Shown here piece by piece: positions 1 to 8,493 of a DNA stretch of 20,000 nt. The stretch's first letter is position 1; each line of letters begins with the position of its first letter. Source of the stretch: an uncultured virus (IMG/VR IMGVR_UViG_3300020727_000006) (lineage: Duplodnaviria; Heunggongvirae; Uroviricota; Caudoviricetes); IMG/VR virus record IMGVR_UViG_3300020727_000006, one strand, 5' to 3'. The position numbers and the translations under genes were made by a program. The notes beneath the pieces are model-generated. The model was not told where the DNA came from. It worked only from the letters and a program-made list of their open reading frames with translations, and searched no databases.

Positions 1-1
1 A

Positions 2-196
2 CGCAATGTTGGTCCAGTCACCAATGGCGGACTCATAACCGAAGGACTAGACCATATGCCAGAGGGTGCACATTGGAGACTTAAACATTCAACAATAACA
101 CCCAAAGGACAGCGAGTTGCCACTGGACTTTTTTGCGAGTTTGATGACACAGTAGATGAAGGCATCATCTTATATTTTGCACTGAGGTGGGTATAA
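2..196 (+). CDS. Partial small hypothetical protein (3' end), member of the C-terminal 'F..(L/M)RW' paralog family
   Basis: Open frame read manually from base 2 to TAA at 194-196 (...GLFCEFDDTVDEGIILYFALRWV*). The C-terminus resembles the ORFs at 1702-2398. Confidence 0.7.
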   Translation, partial: RNVGPVTNGGLITEGLDHMPEGAHWRLKHSTITPKGQRVATGLFCEFDDTVDEGIILYFALRWV

Positions 197-1383
197 TTAT
201 TTTGGAAAAATATTATATATTTTCATCTTCTTTTTCTACAAGCGTTAAAGATATCGAAGAAATAAAAAAATTTTTGAATAAATGCCATCTCTATAACAAT
301 TTTATTTTTGTTGTAAATTATAAAAGATATCAAAATGTTAATTTTTTTAAAAAAGAAATAATAAAAGAGCAATCAGAAATATTATTAAAGTATAAAAAAT
401 ATTGCAGCAATAATAATTTAAATTTTAAATTATTAATTTACGCTGGAACGGAAGCGCCAACATATAGAAACAACTTAACAAAATACTGTAATTATATTGT
501 AGGATTATTAGACATATCGTTATTTGACATAATAATATTTGGACAAGCTGAGCACCAATACAACGACAATGTAAATTTTGCAATCACTAATCTTAACAGC
601 ATTCATAAAAAAATTTTTATCAATACCAATGCTAATCTTCTGCCTACTCATCATTTTGTTAGTTTATCACGAGTTGCTAAACCGCATAGATTATATTCAA
701 CTATTGAAATAATTAATAAAAAGTTAGACGCCTATGGAAAAGTAAGTTTATGTAGTGGATTTCATTATTCAGACAATGAAAGTAAAATCATACAGTTTCT
801 GCCAGAAAAATATAAAAACATTATACCACTTGAAATAGATGGACAAATTATTGGCAATGATGATAAAATATTCTCTGGCATGTGTCCTTCTATACAATTA
901 GCATTTGTTAATGTAGTGCAAGAATCTGCATATGAACCAGCATTAGATGATGAAATTTTAAAAATTTATAATATTAACGATCCTTGGTTAAAAAGAAAAA
1001 ATGAAAAATACAAACACACATATTGGAGTGTAAACAGTTTTACTGAAAAAAGTATGAAACCTTTTGCGTGGGGGCAAATACCCCTCTTCAATTGTGTACA
1101 TGACAATATAAAGTATATTCGTAAATTAGGATTTGATTTATTCGATGATATTATAGATCATAGTTATAATAATATATCAGACCCTATATCTAGAATAGAT
1201 GCAATGTTGAACGAATTGAAAAAAATATGTCAATGGTCAATAGACGATTGTATAAAATACAAAGTAAAAAACATGTCACGGTTTATTAAAAATAGAGAAA
1301 TTGCTAAAGAATTAGATGATTTTAAATTTAAAGAAATGGCAACATTCAGTCTACAATCAGCGATTGACAAATACAACATTTAG
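187..1383 (+). CDS. Putative glycosyltransferase-like protein (phage GT10/exostosin-like C-terminal domain)
   Basis: Motifs FVNVVQES, FTEKSMKPFAWGQIP and LGFDLFDDIIDHSY also occur in both halves of 12224-14179. The true start may be TTG at 202. Confidence 0.6.
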   Translation: MGIIILEKYYIFSSSFSTSVKDIEEIKKFLNKCHLYNNFIFVVNYKRYQNVNFFKKEIIKEQSEILLKYKKYCSNNNLNFKLLIYAGTEAPTYRNNLTKYCNYIVGLLDISLFDIIIFGQAEHQYNDNVNFAITNLNSIHKKIFINTNANLLPTHHFVSLSRVAKPHRLYSTIEIINKKLDAYGKVSLCSGFHYSDNESKIIQFLPEKYKNIIPLEIDGQIIGNDDKIFSGMCPSIQLAFVNVVQESAYEPALDDEILKIYNINDPWLKRKNEKYKHTYWSVNSFTEKSMKPFAWGQIPLFNCVHDNIKYIRKLGFDLFDDIIDHSYNNISDPISRIDAMLNELKKICQWSIDDCIKYKVKNMSRFIKNREIAKELDDFKFKEMATFSLQSAIDKYNI

Positions 1384-1391
1384 TATATAAT
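1364..1391 (+). promoter_or_regulatory. Sigma70-type promoter, probably giving a leaderless mRNA
   Basis: TTGACA (1364-1369), 16-nt spacer, TATAAT (1386-1391). ATG at 1398 is 6 nt after the -10 box, with no SD. Confidence 0.75.
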
Positions 1392-1397
1392 AAAGAT

Positions 1398-1709
1398 ATG
1401 AATAATAGTTTTCCTATTCCTGTTCCAGGTCAAATGTGGTATGATTCACTAGAATTAAAATTCTTTGATGGCACCGATTGGATAACTATTAAAAAAATGA
1501 AACCTATAAAAAACGATATTGCAGTAACTTATATATGGAAGCGCAAGTTTGCCTTTATGCCACATCGTTGCAAATTATCAGGCAATATCATATGGTTAAA
1601 ATATGGTATGTGCGGAGAACACAGCATGAGCGGTTGGGCAGGTAAGTTAATTGAATATCGTTGGCATGATGAACACGAGCATCTAACTTGGGTAATTAAA
1701 AATGTTTGA
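1398..1709 (+). CDS. Hypothetical phage protein
   Basis: 103-aa ORF. The N-terminal PGQMWYD...LKFFDGTDW motif resembles repeats in phage virion proteins. Overlaps the next ORF. Confidence 0.7.
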   Translation: MNNSFPIPVPGQMWYDSLELKFFDGTDWITIKKMKPIKNDIAVTYIWKRKFAFMPHRCKLSGNIIWLKYGMCGEHSMSGWAGKLIEYRWHDEHEHLTWVIKNV

Positions 1710-1920
1710 TGTGCCAAAAGATATGGTTCATAAATGGTTATATTATGAAACTGGGTTTGAACAGTTTCATCCAATTCCAGATATTATTCGTTGGATGGAA
1801 GAACAAGGTTATCTATATGGCAGGGATTGGAAAGTAGATACTTTTACTGGACACAAATATTATATTATATTTCCTAATGATGAAATAGCAGCATTATTTG
1901 TAGCACGATGGTCGGCATGA
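1702..1920 (+). CDS. Small hypothetical protein, 'F..RW' paralog family
   Basis: 72 aa, ends YYIIFPNDEIAALFVARWSA; overlaps both neighbours. Confidence 0.75.
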   Translation: MFDVPKDMVHKWLYYETGFEQFHPIPDIIRWMEEQGYLYGRDWKVDTFTGHKYYIIFPNDEIAALFVARWSA

Positions 1921-2171
1921 TTGATTTAGATTTTACAAATGGTTTTTGGATTCCAAATAGCTGGCATGAAAAAAAATCAGAATCTGGTACCATGTGGAGA
2001 AATTTTGCGGCGTATTGTCAGAGCAAAGGTGCTTTCAATGAAGTTGTGTTGTTGACTGAGTTCAATGCCAAAGCACAACGATATGCGGGTGATGATGATG
2101 GCGATGACCAATGGTTTGTGCGATTTAATACACCCGAAGACTATACTTTTTTTGTAATGAAATTTGCATAA
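1917..2171 (+). CDS. Small hypothetical protein, 'F..RW/KF' paralog family
   Basis: Start placed at the ATGA overlap (1917). Ends WFVRFNTPEDYTFFVMKFA. Confidence 0.75.
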   Translation: MIDLDFTNGFWIPNSWHEKKSESGTMWRNFAAYCQSKGAFNEVVLLTEFNAKAQRYAGDDDGDDQWFVRFNTPEDYTFFVMKFA

Positions 2172-2398
2172 TGGCTAAAATGAGAGTACACGAGTTAGGA
2201 CCAACTCGCTGGCATATGAGTGTGTGGTTTAATAACGACGATGGCAGCGTAAATTGGGAGTTTAAGAAGTGGATGGCTGACAACTATCCAGATTGCCTTT
2301 GCATACACAGATTTAACAATGGCGAACCATATTGGGAATTGCGCGGCGGTGACCAAGCAGATCAAGCATTTATTGCTATGCGTTGGGGCGGCGAGTAA
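2171..2398 (+). CDS. Small hypothetical protein, 'F..RW' paralog family
   Basis: TAATG coupling to the upstream ORF. Ends WELRGGDQADQAFIAMRWGGE. Confidence 0.75.
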   Translation: MAKMRVHELGPTRWHMSVWFNNDDGSVNWEFKKWMADNYPDCLCIHRFNNGEPYWELRGGDQADQAFIAMRWGGE

Positions 2399-2401
2399 AT
2401 A
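2395..2401 (+). promoter_or_regulatory. Putative T4-late-like promoter (GTAAATA)
   Basis: GTAAATA-AAGTC-ATG, almost identical to the minus-strand context at 4270-4256 (GTAAATA-TTGTC-ATG). Confidence 0.5.
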
Positions 2402-2406
2402 AAGTC

Positions 2407-3540
2407 ATGAAAATATCAATGATCGGTTTAGGCAAACTTGGACTAGAAGCAGCCAATGTTATCAATAAAAGTTATCCTGTAATAGGATATGATATTAATA
2501 CCGTGGTAGCACCATTTCCAGTGGTCAATACCATAAAAGATGCTATAAAAAATAGTAAATTTATTTTCGTAGCGGTTCCTACACCGCACCATAGTGAGTA
2601 TAGTGGCAGCAATCCTACCAGTCACCTACCACCAAAAGATTTTGATTATACTATATTAAAAAATGTTTTAACAGAAATTGCAAAGCACCTTGAACCAGAA
2701 CAACAAGTTTGCGTAATATGCACTGTTATGCCAGGCACAACTCGCCGTGAATTGGCAACAATCATTCCTAATATTTTATATAATCCAACTGTAATTGCGC
2801 AAGGCACTGTTGCCAAAGATTTTGAAAATCCTGAGATTGTAATCGTAGGCGGTGAGTCAAACAATCCAAACCGCGCTAAACTAGCGCAATTCTATCGCAG
2901 TATTAATGGTGAAAGTGTTCATCTTGTTGAAGGTGAATGGGAAGATGCTGAACTTACAAAAATATTCTATAATACATTTTTAACTTATAAAATCACGCTT
3001 GCCAATACAATTCACGATATGGTTCAAAAACTTGGTCATGGGAATAGTGATATCGTGACCGATGGTTTAGCTAATTGCACCCGTAAGATAAGCGCACCAG
3101 CCTATATGACTGCTGGTATGGGCGTAGGTGGTCCTTGTCATCCTCGTGATATTATTGCAATGAATTGGTTTAGCCAAAGTATTAACCTTGGGTATGATTT
3201 ATTTGGAAATCTAAGCCAAATCCGTGAAATTCAAGCTAAAAACCTAGCTGATAAACTATCTAGTTATGGATTGCCAGTTGTAATATTAGGGCGCGGATTT
3301 AAAGAAAACCTTGCGCAGCATGATGGAAGTTATGCGCTGCTCGTTGGACATTATATAGATGGAGTTAGCTATCATGATCCACTCAATAACATTGAATATA
3401 GCGGCGATAACCCAGTTGTATATCTTGTAAGTTATCATCACGATTGGTTAAAGGATTATAACTTTATTCCTAATAGTATCATAATTGATCCTTGGCGTAA
3501 AAATTTATCAATACCAAATTGTAATGTTATTAACTTTTAG
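2407..3540 (+). CDS. ugd: UDP-glucose/GDP-mannose 6-dehydrogenase family protein
   Basis: Rossmann motif MKISMIGLGKLG, FVAVPTP, TVMPGTT, YNP, ELTKIFYNTFL and catalytic Cys in GGPCHPRD. Start moved to ATG 2407. Confidence 0.9.
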   Translation: MKISMIGLGKLGLEAANVINKSYPVIGYDINTVVAPFPVVNTIKDAIKNSKFIFVAVPTPHHSEYSGSNPTSHLPPKDFDYTILKNVLTEIAKHLEPEQQVCVICTVMPGTTRRELATIIPNILYNPTVIAQGTVAKDFENPEIVIVGGESNNPNRAKLAQFYRSINGESVHLVEGEWEDAELTKIFYNTFLTYKITLANTIHDMVQKLGHGNSDIVTDGLANCTRKISAPAYMTAGMGVGGPCHPRDIIAMNWFSQSINLGYDLFGNLSQIREIQAKNLADKLSSYGLPVVILGRGFKENLAQHDGSYALLVGHYIDGVSYHDPLNNIEYSGDNPVVYLVSYHHDWLKDYNFIPNSIIIDPWRKNLSIPNCNVINF

Positions 3541-4258
3541 GCATGAAGTTAGCAACTATATAATCAAATAGTTTACGAAAACCAACTCTGCTTGGTTCAC
3601 TATTTTTTGTAAAATTATTTACTATGTCATCTGATAAAAAATCGTGTAATGATTCAACTACTGGAATAAGATATTTGTAATTTTTCATAAGATTTAAATC
3701 TAATTTACCACCACCGCCTATACAATGAATAGGCATATAAATGCTGTTTAATTTGCTATATATTTCATCTAGTGGTTCATTGGTTTCTGATTGAAACCAA
3801 ATAGTCATTCTAGGTTCTGCATCCCAATCAATAGTATCAATTCTAGGAACTGATTTATTCCACCAAAAAAGATCATCTAACTCTTCATTGAGCCAGTCTT
3901 TCATAAATTCTTCTTTATCAGTATATTTAAAATATATTGGTTTTGTTCCACCATCTAATAAATGTCTTTGAACTTTTCTTCCATTGAAATAAAGCCATTG
4001 GGTATATCTAATTTCTCCCGTATCTGGATCACGCTCAAAAGGTATTGGAAAAGCTGCTCTGATAGCATTATAACTATCCAAATTTGTTGCATAGTATGAT
4101 GATATATTGTTTACGCTGCACCCAATGTTACGAAAGTACGCTTCTAATCCACGATGGGAAATGTTTTTCTCTTTTACTATTTTTTTTGTAACAGGGTCAA
4201 TTTTAGAATTTGCCCATTCACCAAGACCATACCTGTCGCCGCTTATTAATATATGCAT
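3530..4258 (-). CDS. Hypothetical protein with an SGNH-hydrolase-like N-terminus
   Basis: 242 aa. N-terminal ILISGDRYGLGEW resembles the GDS block, with R in place of the catalytic Ser. Convergent 3' overlap with ugd. Confidence 0.55.
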   Translation of the reverse strand: MHILISGDRYGLGEWANSKIDPVTKKIVKEKNISHRGLEAYFRNIGCSVNNISSYYATNLDSYNAIRAAFPIPFERDPDTGEIRYTQWLYFNGRKVQRHLLDGGTKPIYFKYTDKEEFMKDWLNEELDDLFWWNKSVPRIDTIDWDAEPRMTIWFQSETNEPLDEIYSKLNSIYMPIHCIGGGGKLDLNLMKNYKYLIPVVESLHDFLSDDIVNNFTKNSEPSRVGFRKLFDYIVANFMPKS

Positions 4259-4263
4259 GACAA

Positions 4264-4270
4264 TATTTAC
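4264..4270 (-). promoter_or_regulatory. Putative T4-late-like promoter (GTAAATA)
   Basis: Lies 5 nt upstream of the ATG at 4258, the same spacing as at 2395-2407. Confidence 0.5.
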
Positions 4271-4280
4271 AAAAAAGTAT

Positions 4281-4308
4281 TTGACATTTTTTAAAAATAT
4301 AGTATTAT
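4281..4308 (+). promoter_or_regulatory. Sigma70-type promoter
   Basis: TTGACA (4281-4286), 16-nt spacer, TATTAT (4303-4308). ATG at 4316. Confidence 0.65.
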
Positions 4309-4315
4309 TATTAAT

Positions 4316-4453
4316 ATGAAAGATAATCTAATAGAACGGATAGATGAATTGTTAAAAAGTCACGGACATCTGTCCGAATTTCGGCCATTTGTAAAGATTC
4401 TAATTGAAGTTCGAGAACAGCTAGCAAAAAAGAAAGAGAAATCACATGCCTAA
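4316..4453 (+). CDS. 45-aa hypothetical protein (not in the ORF track)
   Basis: MKDNLIERIDELLKSHGHLSEFRPFVKILIEVREQLAKKKEKSHA*. Directly follows a promoter and has an amphipathic-helix pattern. Confidence 0.6.
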   Translation: MKDNLIERIDELLKSHGHLSEFRPFVKILIEVREQLAKKKEKSHA

Positions 4454-4471
4454 TTGGTGTAAATAATTTAT

Positions 4472-4500
4472 TTGACAATGTTTATTTTTTATGATAGGAT
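4472..4500 (+). promoter_or_regulatory. Sigma70-type promoter with extended -10
   Basis: TTGACA (4472-4477), 17-nt spacer, TGnTAGGAT (-10 at 4495-4500). SD GGAGG at 4521-4525. Confidence 0.65.
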
Positions 4501-4530
4501 ACATAATCAATTTAAAAACAGGAGGTTACA

Positions 4531-5148
4531 ATTCCAAACTGGTGCTATAACAGTGCAAAGTTTACGCATAAAGACCCTGCAATGATTGCACGAGTTGCAA
4601 AGGGGTTTAATGAAGGAAAATTGTTTAGCGAATTTGATCCAACTCCGCCAGAATTGCTTGAGGGTGAGCCTGTTGGTGAGAATTATGTTGAGCGCAATGC
4701 AGCTCGTGAAAAAGAAAACGAAGAAAAATTTGGTTACAAAGATTGGTACCAATGGAATATTAACAATTGGGGAACCAAGTGGGATGCCAATACTGAGGAT
4801 CAAGACGCTGACTTGACTGATGGCGCTACTGAAATTTCTCTATCATTCGACACAGCGTGGGCACCACCAATCGAATGGTATCGCACAATGACCGATGAAT
4901 TTGATTTTGAAGTTGAAGCCTACTATAATGAAGAGGGCATGGCGTTCTGTGGAAAGTATACATCAGAAGTTGATGACGATTTTTATGAATACAGCGACAA
5001 AGATGCTGATTGGGTGCGAGAAAACATTCCGCTAGACATCGATGACCACTGGAGTATTTCTATGTTCCTAGAAGACATGGCAGAAGAAGAAGACGAATTT
5101 GGCATGGACGATGCCGAAGATAACGACAGCGAAGAAGAATCTGAATAA
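4531..5148 (+). CDS. DUF1281/YubB ferredoxin-like-fold phage protein with probable ATT start
   Basis: Motifs DWYQWNINNWGTKWD, FDTAWAPP and YYNEEGMAFCG. The family N-terminus (M)PNWCxN is in frame from ATT 4531, 5 nt after GGAGG. Confidence 0.8.
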   Translation: MPNWCYNSAKFTHKDPAMIARVAKGFNEGKLFSEFDPTPPELLEGEPVGENYVERNAAREKENEEKFGYKDWYQWNINNWGTKWDANTEDQDADLTDGATEISLSFDTAWAPPIEWYRTMTDEFDFEVEAYYNEEGMAFCGKYTSEVDDDFYEYSDKDADWVRENIPLDIDDHWSISMFLEDMAEEEDEFGMDDAEDNDSEEESE

Positions 5149-5149
5149 A

Positions 5150-5380
5150 ATGGTCAGAAAAAGCAGTGAAATTATTGAAGATTTTATTGACTCGCTAGAG
5201 AAACTTATTGATACTCTAGATGATGAATGGCATCACAACGATGAGGGCGAATGGCGAATGGCTGATAACATTCGTCAAACTGTGCTGCCGCATGCTAAAG
5301 AAAAATTCAAGGAACACCTTGATGAATATATTGATCGTAGAATTGAAACATACTTAGAAAGAACAAAACAAAATGACTGA
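5150..5380 (+). CDS. Hypothetical protein
   Basis: ATG at 5150, just after the upstream stop; acidic, helical composition. Confidence 0.7.
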   Translation: MVRKSSEIIEDFIDSLEKLIDTLDDEWHHNDEGEWRMADNIRQTVLPHAKEKFKEHLDEYIDRRIETYLERTKQND

Positions 5381-5861
5381 TGAAGTAACTTCAAAGTTAA
5401 TTGAATATAAAGTATCAACTCGCCATAAAAAAAGTGTTACAGAGATTGAATATTTTGTAAAAGATGGCAAAACTATTTCTTATAGCACAGGTTGGCGTTG
5501 GGGGTATGTGACGCTACTTGTTCCGCAAGGTGTTGACCTTGCCGCCGAACTTGATGCAGAAAATAACGAAGAAGTTGAAATTGATGGTCTTGGGTATGAT
5601 ATCAATGACCGTGAAATGGACGATGGTTGTTGGGATGATTGGGATTATGGTGATCTTGACGATGAGGCAATTGCTGCCATTGACGAAGCCGTAGAAGAAG
5701 ATGGCAGTGCATACGGTGCCCTAGTTGATGTTTTAGGCTGGGATCAGCACGATAGTATATTGGTGTTCAGTGGTCCGCTAGATATTGAAAACATGGGCGA
5801 ATATGTTCCATATGTTTATACTCCAACCGAAGAAGAAGGTGAAGACGATGTACAAGATTGA
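5373..5861 (+). CDS. Highly acidic hypothetical protein
   Basis: 162 aa, D/E-rich, with motifs GWRWG and DDGCWDDW; coupled to its neighbours. Confidence 0.75.
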   Translation: MTDEVTSKLIEYKVSTRHKKSVTEIEYFVKDGKTISYSTGWRWGYVTLLVPQGVDLAAELDAENNEEVEIDGLGYDINDREMDDGCWDDWDYGDLDDEAIAAIDEAVEEDGSAYGALVDVLGWDQHDSILVFSGPLDIENMGEYVPYVYTPTEEEGEDDVQD

Positions 5862-6093
5862 AATTAGTGACGAAACCGCAGAAAGCATGTTCCGTGATAT
5901 TCTTGTTGAAGACTATCGCCGTATTCGTAGCGATATCTATGATTTGACTAACCGTGCAGTTGAAAAGGGAGAATTGAAACCTTTTGAACAAGAAGACCTT
6001 GAAAATAACAAGCAGTACTTTGAAGCTATAAAGGTTATGCTTGGTTATTACCTGCCACTAAGTGATGCAGAAGCAATTATTGGTGAAGCATGA
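5848..6093 (+). CDS. Hypothetical protein
   Basis: Start placed at ATG 5848 (MYKIEISDE...), with AAGGTG upstream; ATGA overlap with the next gene. Confidence 0.7.
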   Translation: MYKIEISDETAESMFRDILVEDYRRIRSDIYDLTNRAVEKGELKPFEQEDLENNKQYFEAIKVMLGYYLPLSDAEAIIGEA

Positions 6094-6350
6094 AGATTGT
6101 TAAAAAACTTGATGAAATTGCAGAAAATTGTGAATGGGGCGAGCGTTCACCTGTCAGTGGAATTTCTACTTGGCCAAAGGAAACTACGGTTGAGTGGAAG
6201 GCTGCTGATATTATTACACTGGCAATGCGAGAACTTACCGTTATCAGTGAGATGAATGAAGCGGTACCAGCCGAAGCAATTCGTCATAGTGCCAAAATTG
6301 CAATTGCTCAATTAATGGAGTTAGCTAATGCCGAAGACTTGGACGGCTGA
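6090..6350 (+). CDS. Hypothetical protein
   Basis: 86-aa ORF within a coupled run of genes. Confidence 0.7.
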   Translation: MKIVKKLDEIAENCEWGERSPVSGISTWPKETTVEWKAADIITLAMRELTVISEMNEAVPAEAIRHSAKIAIAQLMELANAEDLDG

Positions 6351-6507
6351 ACTAATTGAAGACCTAGAAACTAAAGAACTCCTTCTTACATTTCCAGAAG
6401 ATGTAATCAAAGAACTAGAATGGGAAGAAGGAACACTGCTTTGTTGGGAAATTATGACTGACAATACGATTGTTATCAAAAAGAAAGAAGATATTGAAAA
6501 AGTTTAG
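6328..6507 (+). CDS. AbrB/MazE/SpoVT-like DNA-binding protein, 59 aa (not in the ORF track)
   Basis: MPKTWTAELIEDLETKELLLTFPEDVIKELEWEEGTLLCWEIMTDNTIVIKKKEDIEKV* matches the AbrB pattern L.(I/F)P..(V/I)...L...EG..L. SD GGAG upstream. Confidence 0.7.
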   Translation: MPKTWTAELIEDLETKELLLTFPEDVIKELEWEEGTLLCWEIMTDNTIVIKKKEDIEKV

Positions 6508-7222
6508 TCATATCTATTTGGTAGGTTGCAGCTATATGAACAGTTATGCTGCAACCAAGCCGCTAACACAAATTACAGATTACTTTGGCGGAGAATTGGT
6601 TGACATAACCAAAGCTGCCACTGGGTTTGATTATCATGAACGAAACCTTTTCAATCGCATGTTAATAGATAAACCAGAAAAAGCACTTATTATATGGGGA
6701 TTGAGTTTCTGGCATAGGTTTGAACTTGGTTATCGTGATATCAAAGATCGTCGAACGGTTGATTATATTCAATTTAATCCTAGTAGCATAATTCAAAATT
6801 CAATGGCAAGGGACTTTGGATTTCATCATGATGAATTAAAATTTTTACCAGAACAGTTGTTTAAACATAAAACTTATGTCACTGATCCGTATATAGAAAA
6901 ACATTTTCGTGATTTAAGCTATATTAGCGGATGGCTTAAAAACAATAATCATGAACATATTATTTTTAACTTTGCAGATGGCGGATATCCAAAATTCTTA
7001 AAACAAAATCCAAATTATAATGCATTATTTGATAAAAATGCAGGTTTTGTTGATTTAAAAAATTTTCAAATGAATCGTTGGTTATTTGATAATGGTGTAG
7101 AACCAGACCCTGAAAATTTAAAAATTATAACCAGAGATGTATGTCATCCAGTAGTAGATGAAAATTTAAAAAAAATCATGTCAACTTGGATAATTGAATA
7201 TTACGAGGAAAATTTAAAATGA
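6494..7222 (+). CDS. Hypothetical protein, SGNH/GDSL-hydrolase-like
   Basis: IYLVGCSY (block I-like), IIWGLSFWHRFE and C-terminal DVCHP (DxxH). Start is uncertain (TTG at 6470 or 6494). Confidence 0.55.
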   Translation: MKKFSHIYLVGCSYMNSYAATKPLTQITDYFGGELVDITKAATGFDYHERNLFNRMLIDKPEKALIIWGLSFWHRFELGYRDIKDRRTVDYIQFNPSSIIQNSMARDFGFHHDELKFLPEQLFKHKTYVTDPYIEKHFRDLSYISGWLKNNNHEHIIFNFADGGYPKFLKQNPNYNALFDKNAGFVDLKNFQMNRWLFDNGVEPDPENLKIITRDVCHPVVDENLKKIMSTWIIEYYEENLK

Positions 7223-7425
7223 AATACGCATTGACAATTGCTGCTGCTGTGCTATTATGTAGTTGTATGAAGACCACTGATTATGTTTTGCCGCAATCTC
7301 CTGTTGCAGCAGAACGCAAGCCGCTTACTGTGCCTCATCGTGATTGGCTTGAAAGTGGATGTTGGTTTAAGAGTGAAAATGGCAAAGATGTGAAAGTATG
7401 TCATGAAAATTCAAATAGTAAGTGA
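7219..7425 (+). CDS. Small putative lipoprotein
   Basis: Signal peptide MKYALTIAAAVLLCSC with a lipobox-like Cys. Confidence 0.6.
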   Translation: MKYALTIAAAVLLCSCMKTTDYVLPQSPVAAERKPLTVPHRDWLESGCWFKSENGKDVKVCHENSNSK

Positions 7426-8230
7426 TTTACATATGGAGTTTAGAAAAGAACTCCCACCTATCAAGAATATAGGCAGTGATGTTCTTGTTCTTGCTGGCGA
7501 TATTTGTGTAGCACATCATCTATATCGTCATCCTCGTGGTTCTCTTCCCAACAATGCCGAAAACGGTCACAAGGCTGCGCTATGTCGTGAGTTCTTACAG
7601 TATTGCAGCGATAATTGGGAAAAAGTTATTATGGTTGCGGGAAATCACGAGTTTTATAGTGGTGATTGGGAAAAAGTTACTGACATTATGCGTGAAGAAA
7701 CGCAGCACTATCCAAATATCTCATTCTGTGATCAGGATCGTGTTGATTTAGGCGATGTAACATTTCTTGGAGCAAGTCTCTGGACTAATTTTAATAATGG
7801 TGATCCTCTTACTATGATGTCAGTAAAGGATTTAATGAGTGATTATCATGCCATTACTGAAAATCCAAAGGAAGGAATATATCATAAGTTGCGTCCAGTC
7901 ACCACTTTTGCCAAACATAACAGTGATTTGGATTGGTTGCGCACTCAACTATCTTTGCTAAAAGACCGCAAGGTAGTGGTAGTTACACATCATCAGCCAA
8001 GTTTTCGCAGTGTGCATGAAAGATTCAAAACGCAAACTATTATGAATGGAGCGTTTTGTAGTAACCTTGATGATTTTATTATAGATCATCCGCAGATAAA
8101 ACTGTGGTGTTCAGGTCATGTTCATAATACTTGGGATTATATGATTGGTGAAACCAGACTTATAACCAACCCATTTGGATATCCAGGTGAAAATACAGAA
8201 TGGGATGCTAGTTTGATGGTAGAAGTTTAA
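7403..8230 (+). CDS. Calcineurin-like metallophosphoesterase
   Basis: Complete motif set SDLH, LAGDI, AGNHE, VTHH and SGHVH. Confidence 0.92.
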   Translation: MKIQIVSDLHMEFRKELPPIKNIGSDVLVLAGDICVAHHLYRHPRGSLPNNAENGHKAALCREFLQYCSDNWEKVIMVAGNHEFYSGDWEKVTDIMREETQHYPNISFCDQDRVDLGDVTFLGASLWTNFNNGDPLTMMSVKDLMSDYHAITENPKEGIYHKLRPVTTFAKHNSDLDWLRTQLSLLKDRKVVVVTHHQPSFRSVHERFKTQTIMNGAFCSNLDDFIIDHPQIKLWCSGHVHNTWDYMIGETRLITNPFGYPGENTEWDASLMVEV

Positions 8231-8493
8231 TCTTCTACCTCTGCCACATAATATCCGCAACCCTCATGTTTATCAAATGCCATTAGTGAACCTACTTCGG
8301 GATAACGGCGGCAACCATCTGGTCTGGTTTCATAAATTGTGCAAGATAAATTTACTTGGTCAAAGTATTCACACCAAGATTCTGTATAATTAACTGCATC
8401 AGTATAATTTCTAAATTTGCAGCAATTACCGCCACATGCTTTTGGTGTGCAACTACCTTTAATAACAAGATTATGCCACTTGCTTTGTATCAT
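8227..8493 (-). CDS. CxxCxxCC (YkgJ/FliB-like) Zn/Fe-chelating protein
   Basis: CTPKACGGNCC...CEYFD...CTIYETRPDGCRRYP. ATGA overlap with the fibre gene stop. Confidence 0.8.
   Translation of the reverse strand: MIQSKWHNLVIKGSCTPKACGGNCCKFRNYTDAVNYTESWCEYFDQVNLSCTIYETRPDGCRRYPEVGSLMAFDKHEGCGYYVAEVED

Noticed and set aside
7219..7425. o-spanin call for the lipoprotein
   Set aside because: No adjacent i-spanin, holin or endolysin; left as a generic lipoprotein.
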